Of a stretch of 64,000 bases of DNA, positions 20,693 through 29,455 are shown one piece after another. The position numbers and the translations under genes were made by a program. Numbering within the stretch: position 1 is the first letter of the stretch; each line of letters starts with the position of its first letter. The notes beneath the pieces were generated by a model, which ran no database searches, had not been told where the DNA came from, and saw only the letters and a list, made by a program, of their open reading frames with translations. Location: the NCBI GenBank assembly GCA_037191085.1, contig JBAKGE010000001.1:1089-65088 (forward strand), given 5' to 3'. The DNA comes from Porphyromonadaceae bacterium. GTDB taxonomy: Bacteria; Bacteroidota; Bacteroidia; Bacteroidales; Porphyromonadaceae.

Positions 20693-21820
20693 TTATTGAC
20701 ACTCAAAGCCAATGAGACGGAGTGATTTCTCTTCGCTAGGCGTAGCGTTTAGTACGGTATACGCCAACGGTTCACGGGGGTAGTCGTAGGTGCGACGTAG
20801 CTCCTCGAATCGTTCTGTATTTGCCCTCAGTGCTTTATCCACCAGCCGAGGACGGAATGTAGAAAGTATGGCACCGGCGATGCGATCTTTGCTCTGTGGC
20901 AGGGCGTTGAGGTCGATGATTGGTGTCGTGGGGGGCGGTGGGGTCATCAGCGATAGGCGAGTGCTGGTGAGTCCGAAGTGTCGCAGACCATTCTCCACAC
21001 ACATGCGTGCACCATTAGCTTTGCCGTCGGCCGAGAAACCTGCGATATGTGGAGTGCCTATGAATACTCTATCCAGTAGTTCGTGTGAGATATGGGGTTC
21101 ACCTTCCCAGCAATCAATAGCGACCTTATCGATCAGTCCTTCGTCCAAGCCCATGAGGAGTGCTCGGGTGTCGGTGATAGGACCGCGGCAGTAGTTTGTC
21201 ACTATGGGTGTGCGTTTGAGTGATCGGATGAAGTTCTCGTCGCAGATGTGATAGGTCGCATGACGTCCCTCGTGGGTCAGGGGGAGGTGAAATTCTACTA
21301 TGTCTGCTTCCTCTGCTATTGTCTCAAGGGAGACGAAACCATATGCTCCCTCACGCTCGGTACGAGGTGGATCGTTGAGGAGGACACGCATGCCCAACGC
21401 CTCAGCGTAGCGTGCGGCGTACATGCCTGTATGCCCGGCTCCTACGATGCCCATGGTCTTACCTTTCAGGTCGTAGCCACCCTCTTCTATCAGTGTGCTG
21501 AGCACAGCACCGGCATAAAGACCTACACCACCGGCATTACAGCCGGGCGAATTGTACCACCGAATACCATGAGCAGTGCAATAGTCGGTGTCGATGTGAT
21601 CGTAGCCTATGGTAGCAGTGGTGATGAGCTGGACACTCGTTCCTTCCAGTAGTTTCGGCGTGCACTTCGTGATGCTACGTATGATGAGCCAGTCCGCATC
21701 TCGCACACTGTCTCCATTGAAGTCATCGGACCGTATATACTGCACATCCCCCAGCTCCTCTATCACTCCACGGAGGTAGGGTAGTGAGCTCTCTGCTATG
21801 ATACGTGGGCGTCGGGTCAT
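20693..21820 (-). CDS. pdxB: Erythronate-4-phosphate dehydrogenase
   Basis: TATIGYDHID, PGCNA, GAGHTG, NDPPR, HLPLT, TPHIAGFS. Confidence 0.9.
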   Translation of the reverse strand: MTRRPRIIAESSLPYLRGVIEELGDVQYIRSDDFNGDSVRDADWLIIRSITKCTPKLLEGTSVQLITTATIGYDHIDTDYCTAHGIRWYNSPGCNAGGVGLYAGAVLSTLIEEGGYDLKGKTMGIVGAGHTGMYAARYAEALGMRVLLNDPPRTEREGAYGFVSLETIAEEADIVEFHLPLTHEGRHATYHICDENFIRSLKRTPIVTNYCRGPITDTRALLMGLDEGLIDKVAIDCWEGEPHISHELLDRVFIGTPHIAGFSADGKANGARMCVENGLRHFGLTSTRLSLMTPPPPTTPIIDLNALPQSKDRIAGAILSTFRPRLVDKALRANTERFEELRRTYDYPREPLAYTVLNATPSEEKSLRLIGFECQ

Positions 21821-21835
21821 GGGTGGGTCTTCTTT

Positions 21836-22264
21836 TTACTTGGACTGCTGAGCGGCAGCGAGGAGCTTGATGTGCCGAATCATGGCAAGAAGACCATTGG
21901 AGCGAGTGGGGGAGAGGTGCTGGCGCAGCCCCAGCTCGTCGATGAAGAAAAGGTCAGCCTCTGCGATATCACGTGCCTGTTGTCCGGAGAGTACCTTGAG
22001 GAGCATAGCGATAATACCCTTTACGATGACAGCATCGCTATCAGCGGTGAAGAGGATAGTACCGTCGGGCTGTGGGTGCCCCACAATCCAGACACGACTC
22101 TGGCAACCTTCGATGATATTATTGGGGATTTTCTCCTCTACGGCTATGGGAGCAAGCTCATTGCCCATCTCGATAATGAGCGCATAGCGATCCATCCAGT
22201 CGTCCAGAAAGGCGAATTCGTCTATGATCTCGTGTTGTATTTCGTCGATTGTTTTCATTCTCAT
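21836..22264 (-). CDS. sufE: Fe-S assembly sulfur acceptor SufE
   Basis: IEGCQSRVW, DSDAVIVKG, HLSPTRSNGL. Confidence 0.93.
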   Translation of the reverse strand: MRMKTIDEIQHEIIDEFAFLDDWMDRYALIIEMGNELAPIAVEEKIPNNIIEGCQSRVWIVGHPQPDGTILFTADSDAVIVKGIIAMLLKVLSGQQARDIAEADLFFIDELGLRQHLSPTRSNGLLAMIRHIKLLAAAQQSK

Positions 22265-22275
22265 ATTCTAGTCTA

Positions 22276-23322
22276 TTACTTTGTATGGGCAGCATCGTAG
22301 TCTGTGAGTACTTGCCATACTGTCTGACCTACCGCCCGGAGGGTTGAGGTGCTTATGTTGTCTATATTATCCTTGTGTGTGTGCCAATAGTGTCCGAAGC
22401 CATTGGCAGTATGAGGATTGTAGTTGATGATGTCTACGCAGGGGATTCGTCTGTACTGCATTACGAATACGTGGTCATCGGTCACACCACCACCCATTTC
22501 GTTGCGGAAGTAGCTCTGGTATCCCAGTCGAGCAGCGGTCTCCCATACCTTTGACACGTACTGGCCTGCGTATTCTTGGCTGTACTGTTCTCGATAGAAC
22601 GTGGCATCTTTGGATCCAACCATGTCTAGTAGGATGCCGAAGTCTGCTCTGTAGTCTGTCGTGTGTGGATGTTGTGCCCAATACTGTGAACCGAGAGCCC
22701 AAGTAGTGGAGGTGTCGCCCTCGTAGGTTACGTGAGCGGGGACCCCGTAGTCCTCCGCGTCAAAGAGCACTATATCCACACCGATACTCTGCATCGGTAG
22801 TGTACGTAGGAGCCGTGCAATCTCCATGAGCACTCCTACACCACTGGCGCCGTCGTCGGCCCCATCGATTGGCTTCGACCTGAGTGCGTGATCCTCATCG
22901 TGGTCTGCGAGTGGACGAGTGTCCCAGTGAGCGCAGAGGAGTATGCGGGTCGTGGCATTAGGATTGTGCACTCCTATGATGTTGATAGCCCGGAGGGTTG
23001 TTCCGTCCCATGCCGTTAAGTCCGCCGCTTGTTCTGTCACCGTCAACCCTTGACTGCGGAGGTAGTCGGCGAGATAGGTAGCGCAAGCACGATGGGCGGA
23101 AGTATTGGGTACACGAGGACCGAAGTCCACCTGCCGCCGGATGTGAAGTAGGGCAGAATCCGCCACGAAAGGTGAGGTCCTCTTGGGGGCATTCTCCTCC
23201 ATATCGGTTGTGTGCTCTGTGCTGGTCGTACTGGATGACTGTGACTTGCCGCCATTGCATGAAGCGGCAGATAGGACGAGTGCTATGGTGGTTGTCGTGA
23301 TAGCTAATAGTCTATGTATCAT
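22276..23322 (-). CDS. M28-fold lipoprotein, probable glutaminyl-peptide cyclotransferase
   Basis: Lipobox AASC; FGPRVPNT, AHWDTRP, GADDGASG, DAEDYG, LLDMVG, DDH, WHT. Confidence 0.82.
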   Translation of the reverse strand: MIHRLLAITTTTIALVLSAASCNGGKSQSSSTTSTEHTTDMEENAPKRTSPFVADSALLHIRRQVDFGPRVPNTSAHRACATYLADYLRSQGLTVTEQAADLTAWDGTTLRAINIIGVHNPNATTRILLCAHWDTRPLADHDEDHALRSKPIDGADDGASGVGVLMEIARLLRTLPMQSIGVDIVLFDAEDYGVPAHVTYEGDTSTTWALGSQYWAQHPHTTDYRADFGILLDMVGSKDATFYREQYSQEYAGQYVSKVWETAARLGYQSYFRNEMGGGVTDDHVFVMQYRRIPCVDIINYNPHTANGFGHYWHTHKDNIDNISTSTLRAVGQTVWQVLTDYDAAHTK

Positions 23323-23351
23323 GTGTTATATGCGTATGGTTTCTGATCTAT

Positions 23352-24602
23352 TCAGTGGTTACTCTTCCCTTCGTATACCAGTCCCGCGATGCAGTCGGGG
23401 TGGAATATTTCTGCTGCAGTCTGCCGTAATCTCTCTGCCGTCAGCTGCTCTATCTGTCCGTATACTACGTCCAATGGTTCAAAATTCCCCCTGTGCAATA
23501 TCTGTCGACCAAAGGATAGAAAAGTTCCTTCGCTATTCTCCGTCGCCATGGCTAATTGCCCTTTGACTTGCTTGATCCAAGCCCGAAGAGCGGTCTGAGT
23601 AATCGGGGTTTCCGTCATCCTCTGTAGCTCCTGTAGCGTTACTTGCAGTGCAGGTTCTGCGTGGTCAGGATCGCTGCCAAAGTAAATCTCCCACCACCCT
23701 GTATCCGAGAGCGTAGAGCTACTTCCTTCCACCCCATATACCCAGCCGTGTCGCTCACGGAGTAGCAGATTGAGACGGGTATTCATCCCTGCCCCTGCGA
23801 GCATGTTCATCAGGAAAGCCACTGGTATGCGCCCCTCATCATGCAACGACGAACACATGCCACCTATCAGCGTATGTGACTGGTGGGTGCCCTTTGGGAT
23901 ACGGTGTATCCCTATCCGCTTCCGAGGGATTGGCGGATGATTAGGGGTCCGGTGATCCTCTGCGGATCCGAAGGGAGCTCCGAGGTATTTCTCTGTGAGC
24001 ATCACAAATCGCTCCTCCGATACCTGTCCCATGCAGAAGAACACCATTTGCTCGGGACGAAATGCGGAGTGTGCGTAGTCGAGACACGTCTCCGAGGTCA
24101 TGCGCGAGAGACTTTCGGATGTGCCGAGGATAGGGTGCCCGAGGGGAAAATCACCCAGAAGTAACTCCTCGAAGTCGTCGAAGATTTGCTCCGATGGCGT
24201 GTCCTTGTACAGGTTGATCTCATCCGCTACTACCACTCGCTCCTTCTCCAGTTCGTGTGCCGGATAGGTCGAGTACCGCACGAGGTCGCCCAGCAACTCA
24301 ATGCTACGAACTAACTCTCTGCGTGGAGCGCTGGTGTAGATGAATGTATCTTCCTTTGTCGTATATGCGTTTAGTTCTCCACCCACCAATTCCATGCGTT
24401 TGTTGATGTGGAAAGCACGGCGCTTTTCGGTACCTTTGAAGAGCAAATGCTCCACGAAGTGCGCCAAGCCAGGGTACTCTGCAGGGTCGTTGCGGCTACC
24501 GGAATGAATGGCGAAGCCACAGTACGCTACACGGCTGTGTGCTGGTAGTAATGCCACGCGGAGTCCATTGGAGAGAGTATGTATGAAATAATTGCGGTTC
24601 AA
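23352..24602 (-). CDS. M16 family (pitrilysin) peptidase
   Basis: HFVEH inverted zincin motif, LNAYTTKE; TTG start at 24602 inferred from a TACTTTTG promoter at 24632-24639. Confidence 0.88.
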   Translation of the reverse strand: MNRNYFIHTLSNGLRVALLPAHSRVAYCGFAIHSGSRNDPAEYPGLAHFVEHLLFKGTEKRRAFHINKRMELVGGELNAYTTKEDTFIYTSAPRRELVRSIELLGDLVRYSTYPAHELEKERVVVADEINLYKDTPSEQIFDDFEELLLGDFPLGHPILGTSESLSRMTSETCLDYAHSAFRPEQMVFFCMGQVSEERFVMLTEKYLGAPFGSAEDHRTPNHPPIPRKRIGIHRIPKGTHQSHTLIGGMCSSLHDEGRIPVAFLMNMLAGAGMNTRLNLLLRERHGWVYGVEGSSSTLSDTGWWEIYFGSDPDHAEPALQVTLQELQRMTETPITQTALRAWIKQVKGQLAMATENSEGTFLSFGRQILHRGNFEPLDVVYGQIEQLTAERLRQTAAEIFHPDCIAGLVYEGKSNH

Positions 24603-24699
24603 CCTCTTTTGTCTTTTCGTGAATACTATCGCAAAAGTACACATTTCCGGGGGCACCGAATAACATTTTAATGATATATTGACCATTTCTCCTCCACCG

Positions 24700-25998
24700 A
24701 TGAGAAAGGATAGCAACTACAGCCTCCGTCCCCGTATTCTGCTCCTCTGCACTTACTACAGTGGCGGAGGTGCTGCCGTCTCCGCGCGTCGACTTCTTGA
24801 GGGGCTGCGTGCACATGGTTATGATGCTCGTCTCCTTGTCTCCTCACCTCTCCCTTCCGATGCGCCCCATTATGTACGTAGCGTGCACTCCCTGTGGCAG
24901 CGTGGGGCTTTCTATGCAGAGCGGATAAGTCTTCTGCGCACTCTCCGCTTCGATCGTACCCGTCTCTTTCGCTTCTCTTCCGCGTCTATAGGTGTCGATA
25001 TCTCCCGACATCCATGGGTGCGATGGGCGGATGTTATTCACTTGCATTGGGTCCAGCAGGGATTCCTGTCCTTGTCGGGACTTGAGCGTTTGTTATCATT
25101 AGAGGGGAAGAAAGTACTCTGGAGTCTCCACGACCTCTGGCCGATCACAGGAGGGTGTCATATCCCATACACTATAGGAGAGGACGGGACTACTCACTTC
25201 TGCTCTCGCTACCGGCACCACTGCGGTCAGTGTCCGATCCTTGGTGCACACGACACGTACGATCTCTCCTATCGTATCCACGAGCGAAAATCCCGCTGGC
25301 AGATGGCTCCTATACAATTCTTTGGCGTTAGCACATACGTTACGGAGCAGGTGCGAGAGTCTGCTCTGACTTCTGACAGTATCGTCTCCTGCCTGCCCAA
25401 TATGGTAGATCCACGTATTTTCCGCCCTGTGCCAAAGATACAGACGAGAGCGCGCCGTACACTTCTCTTTGTCGCCGCACGTCCCGATGACCCTGTCAAG
25501 GGTCTTGACCTCTGCCGTCAGGTACTCGAGCATGCCTGCCATGTCTCGGAGGACTTCGCACGTGAGACTGATTTCGTATGCATTGGTGCCCCAAAGGTGA
25601 CCTCTGCTCTCGCCCATTGGGCTCTGCCTCTCCGTCATATCCCTAGGGTGACACCTGAGGAGCTGGTCGCACACTACCGAGAGGCTACCCTTACGCTGTC
25701 CACCTCACGCTTCGAGACATTTGGGCAGACGATCCTCGAGTCCATAGCCTGCGGTACCCCGGCAGTAGCCTTTGACGTCGGAGGTATATCTGATATAATC
25801 CGCCCGGAGGCGGGCAATGGTGTCCTCATTTCACCTTATGATGTCGAGGAGATGGCGCGCCAGATTGTTCGACTCTCGGAGCCGTGCTATCCTCATCCGA
25901 CTCCCGAGGAAATATCGGCAACAGTGGCGCAGTACCACGTCTCAGAAGTGGTGCGTACGTACATTCAACTTCTTCCACTCGGGCAGAGAGAGTCGTAA
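24700..25998 (+). CDS. Glycosyltransferase family 4 (WcaC-like)
   Basis: GGAA, DVIHLHW, WSLHDLWPITGGCH, ETFGQTILESIACGTP. Confidence 0.88.
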   Translation: MRKDSNYSLRPRILLLCTYYSGGGAAVSARRLLEGLRAHGYDARLLVSSPLPSDAPHYVRSVHSLWQRGAFYAERISLLRTLRFDRTRLFRFSSASIGVDISRHPWVRWADVIHLHWVQQGFLSLSGLERLLSLEGKKVLWSLHDLWPITGGCHIPYTIGEDGTTHFCSRYRHHCGQCPILGAHDTYDLSYRIHERKSRWQMAPIQFFGVSTYVTEQVRESALTSDSIVSCLPNMVDPRIFRPVPKIQTRARRTLLFVAARPDDPVKGLDLCRQVLEHACHVSEDFARETDFVCIGAPKVTSALAHWALPLRHIPRVTPEELVAHYREATLTLSTSRFETFGQTILESIACGTPAVAFDVGGISDIIRPEAGNGVLISPYDVEEMARQIVRLSEPCYPHPTPEEISATVAQYHVSEVVRTYIQLLPLGQRES

Positions 25999-26013
25999 CT
26001 TCGTACAAAATTT

Positions 26014-26091
26014 CTCTGGGTCGTCGATGAAGAAAGGTCCCAGAGAACGAAAACGAAAGCTCTGGGTCATCGTTTCATCGACGACCCAGAG
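26014..26091. repeat. 78-bp double-palindrome element, copy C
   Basis: Same layout; fills the gap between two convergent stop codons. Confidence 0.92.
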
Positions 26092-26141
26092 CTTTCTTAT
26101 ACTTTGTCCGAAGGGTTCTCTATCGTTTGAGGGAGAAAAAG

Positions 26142-27182
26142 TTATTCCTCTATCAGGGTAGGGCTGATCCCGTGCTCGTAGGAGGTGTAGGCGCCACTTT
26201 CTGGATCTGCGTAGATGAAGAGTGCTTTCAGCTGTGGCTGAGAGGAAAGGATCTCTTTGCTCTTGGTCAGTCCCATAGCTATGAAAGCAGTCGCCCATGC
26301 GTCTGCCTCCATGCAGGAGGGAGCGATGACGGTAACTGCGAGGATATCCTGATGTGCAGGGCGTCCTGTGAGGGCATTCATGGTGTGTGCGAGCTTGACA
26401 CCGTCAATGACCTTGTAGTTGCGGTAGTCACCACTGGATGCTACTCCCCCTTTGTCGCACATCTGTATACTGTAGAGGAGTTCGCTAATGGTGGAGGTAT
26501 TGTCCTCGATAGGTTTATTGATACCGATGTTCCAGCACTGACCATTTGGGTTTTTACCCTTAGTCACAATCTCGCCGCCGATTTCTACCATGTAGTTCAT
26601 TACTCCGCATTCCTCCAGTGTCTGTGCTACGAGGTCTACGACGTAACCCTTGCTGAGGGAGGAAGGGTTGAGTATCATGCGAGGATCTTCTTTGGTGATC
26701 GTGTGCGCTATGGTGTCAGCATGGAGCTTCCGATATCCTACGAATGCCAAGATCGAATCCACTTGAGCGTCAGTGGCCAGAGAGGTGACTCCTTTCCTCG
26801 TTCCGAATCCCCAGATATCAAAGAGTGGAGCTCCTGTAATGTCGTAGATACCACCGGTGGCTTCGCTTACACGGGCAGCCTGGAGCACCACGTCCTGGAG
26901 CATAGGGTGCAGCTCATTCGTTTCATTACGATTGAAGCGAGAGATGAGAGAGGTGGAGTCGAAGTTATTAAGCACGCTATTGAATGCCGTCAGTGTGGAG
27001 TCGATTTGTTGAGTGAGCTGTCGATCGGACTCGTAGATGATATGGTACACGGTGTGAAATCGGGTACCCTCCTGTCGGAAGTACTCTTTGTGTACTTCGC
27101 CATTGCCCTTGGAGTTACATCCTACAGCGAGGAGGACCGAAAAGGAAAAGACAATGAGGAGTGAACGCATCGTGGTATGCAT
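26142..27182 (-). CDS. apbE: FAD:protein FMN transferase, lipoprotein
   Basis: Lipobox AVGC; YDITGAPL, SSLSKGYVVD, EIGGE, ASSGDYRNY, ADAWATA. Confidence 0.9.
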   Translation of the reverse strand: MHTTMRSLLIVFSFSVLLAVGCNSKGNGEVHKEYFRQEGTRFHTVYHIIYESDRQLTQQIDSTLTAFNSVLNNFDSTSLISRFNRNETNELHPMLQDVVLQAARVSEATGGIYDITGAPLFDIWGFGTRKGVTSLATDAQVDSILAFVGYRKLHADTIAHTITKEDPRMILNPSSLSKGYVVDLVAQTLEECGVMNYMVEIGGEIVTKGKNPNGQCWNIGINKPIEDNTSTISELLYSIQMCDKGGVASSGDYRNYKVIDGVKLAHTMNALTGRPAHQDILAVTVIAPSCMEADAWATAFIAMGLTKSKEILSSQPQLKALFIYADPESGAYTSYEHGISPTLIEE

Positions 27183-27197
27183 GGGGAAATCTTTTGT

Positions 27198-28163
27198 TTA
27201 GAGTTGATCGATGATTGTGTAGTTATTGCGATTGGGAGCTTGTCGTGCGATGAGTTCGCCGACAAAGCCTGTGAGGAAGAGTTGTACGCCAAGGATAATA
27301 GCGAGGATGCAGATGTAGAAGTAGGGGAGATCTGTGACCAGACGTGCGGGGATGCCCTGTCGTAGCATGACAAACTTGTGTACCAGAATGGCGAGGAGAG
27401 CTATGAAGCCGATGATGAACATGATGCTTCCCCAGAGACCGAAGAAGTGCATCGGTTTGCGACCAAATTTGCCGGTGAACCAGAGCACGAGAAGATCAAG
27501 ATAACCATTGACAAATCGGCTCATGCCGAACTTAGTGGTGCCGTACTTCCGTGCACGATGCTGCACCACCTTTTCAGTGATGCGCCCGAAGCCTGCTTGC
27601 TTAGCCATGTAGGGGAGAAAGCGGTGCATGTCATTGTAGACCTCGATACTCTTGACTACATCACAGCGATAAGCCTTGAGCCCGCAATTGAAGTCATGCA
27701 ACTTGATGCCTGAGAACTTTCGGACAGTGGCATTGAAGAGCTTAGTAGGCAGGGTCTTGGAAAGGGGGTCATAACGTTTTTTCTTCCAGCCACTGACTAC
27801 GTCGTATTTCTCTTCTGCGATCATTCTATAGAGCTCAGGGATCTCGTCGGGAGAATCCTGTAGATCTGCATCCATGGTGATGATAACGCGCCCATTGGCC
27901 GCCGAGAAGCCTGTCTGGAGAGCGGGAGACTTACCGTAGTTTCGGCTGAAGCAGATGGCACGAATAGTGCGATCCTGCTGCCATAGTTCTTGGATGATGC
28001 TCCAAGAGCCATCTGTACTGCCGTCGTCGACAAAGAGGATCTCGTGGCTGATACCCATGTCAGTGACGACGCGCTTTATCCAGCTGTACAACTCGGGGAG
28101 TGACTCCGCTTCGTTGAGGAGAGGGATGAGTACCGTTAGGTCAGTGGAGGGGGTGGTGTGCAT
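27198..28163 (-). CDS. Glycosyltransferase family 2 (polyprenol-phosphate glycosyltransferase-like)
   Basis: DDGSTDGS, RNYGKS, MDADLQD, DFNCGLKAY; two C-terminal TM helices. Confidence 0.9.
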   Translation of the reverse strand: MHTTPSTDLTVLIPLLNEAESLPELYSWIKRVVTDMGISHEILFVDDGSTDGSWSIIQELWQQDRTIRAICFSRNYGKSPALQTGFSAANGRVIITMDADLQDSPDEIPELYRMIAEEKYDVVSGWKKKRYDPLSKTLPTKLFNATVRKFSGIKLHDFNCGLKAYRCDVVKSIEVYNDMHRFLPYMAKQAGFGRITEKVVQHRARKYGTTKFGMSRFVNGYLDLLVLWFTGKFGRKPMHFFGLWGSIMFIIGFIALLAILVHKFVMLRQGIPARLVTDLPYFYICILAIILGVQLFLTGFVGELIARQAPNRNNYTIIDQL

Positions 28164-28177
28164 ATTGGATGATGTGC

Positions 28178-28735
28178 CTATCTGCGTACGAAAAGGGCTG
28201 CTATGTACATGAATATAAGCCCGAAGAATAACTGTGTAGTGGCTACATTGAAGGCGATGAAGCGAGGAGACATGCTGCCGAGCACCTCTTCGTAGGAAGC
28301 GCGAATTTCGTTACTCTCTATCATGCTCATGAGGAGAGTAAAGGATTCTTCTAACGTGGCCATGAATGTGGGATCTTTGAAAAGAAGTGAGAAGATAGTG
28401 TAAAATACCACTGTGGATATGATGACTCCAAAGAGGTAACTCCACGTCATAAAGCTCACGGCTCTAAGGTAACTGATATGCCCTAGGAGTTCTTGGTCAC
28501 GATAGCGAATAGCCTGTGTGACCATTAGTATTGGCGCCATGATGAAGCCCACGAGCAGCAGGAGTCCCTGTATCAGAGGTCTGCTGTAAAAGAACCACGA
28601 GATAGCACCGAGGGTAAAGGCAAGTCCGATATATAGGCCTGCTTTCATGGCGATATTGAAATGGCGACGCCACTCTATCCGAGTCTCGGGAGTTGGGAGC
28701 CCGTTGGGGCTATTATTCAGAGGTTCGTTGGTCAT
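28178..28735 (-). CDS. DUF4199-like membrane protein
   Basis: Four hydrophobic segments and GLYIG motif; start moved to MTNEP. Confidence 0.7.
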   Translation of the reverse strand: MTNEPLNNSPNGLPTPETRIEWRRHFNIAMKAGLYIGLAFTLGAISWFFYSRPLIQGLLLLVGFIMAPILMVTQAIRYRDQELLGHISYLRAVSFMTWSYLFGVIISTVVFYTIFSLLFKDPTFMATLEESFTLLMSMIESNEIRASYEEVLGSMSPRFIAFNVATTQLFFGLIFMYIAALFVRR

Positions 28736-28789
28736 GATTTGGAATTGTTTGTAGGGATTAATCTGCCTTTCGACGCGTAAAGATAAAGA

Positions 28790-28822
28790 AAAACCCTCTC
28801 TGTACAAAAGGACAGAGAGGGC
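28790..28822 (-). terminator. Intrinsic terminator after the DUF1573 gene
   Basis: CCCTCTCTGT...ACAGAGAGGG stem with a T-tract on the minus strand. Confidence 0.75.
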
Positions 28823-28844
28823 TGTATCTAACACTTGTCGCGGC

Positions 28845-29231
28845 TCACTTCACCACCTCGCCCTTGATTGTAATTACCGCAGGTCCTTCTTTGCCGTTGC
28901 TGTATATGGATACTGTTTTCACGAAAGGATATACGCGCCCGGCCGGGTCGTAGGTGACAGTAATACTACCACTTTTGCCCGGAGCAATAGGCTCCTTGCT
29001 GTATGTAGGAGTGGTACAACCACATGAGGAGATGACGCGAGTGATCACCAGAGGAGCATCACCAGTGTTCTTGATTTCAAACTCATGGGAAACCTTACCA
29101 TCCGCTTCTTTAATCGTGCCGAAGTTGTGTTCGCTTTTTGGTACTTCGATATTGGCTTTCTTATTCTGCGCATACAACGATACCGCGAAGATCGCCATTA
29201 CTACGGTGAGTAGTGCAACTATTCTTTTCAT
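28845..29231 (-). CDS. DUF1573 domain secreted protein
   Basis: Signal peptide; HNFGTI, NTGDAPLVI, SCGCT, IAPGKSG. Confidence 0.9.
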   Translation of the reverse strand: MKRIVALLTVVMAIFAVSLYAQNKKANIEVPKSEHNFGTIKEADGKVSHEFEIKNTGDAPLVITRVISSCGCTTPTYSKEPIAPGKSGSITVTYDPAGRVYPFVKTVSIYSNGKEGPAVITIKGEVVK

Positions 29232-29455
29232 ATTCCTGCTAACTTTTCTTGGTTCAAACTTCCTGTCCCGAATGTCAATTGTTCCGAGTCGGTTGATCGC
29301 CTTTGAGGATAAATCTCTACTGCGATTACAACATTTTGACGTCAGTCATAACAATTTGTTTAATTGCCGCCGATAGTTCAAAGAGACACCGACCAACTCA
29401 CCGGCAAATTTACTTATAATTGCTAATACTCCCAAAAAGAAGCTCACCCACGTCT

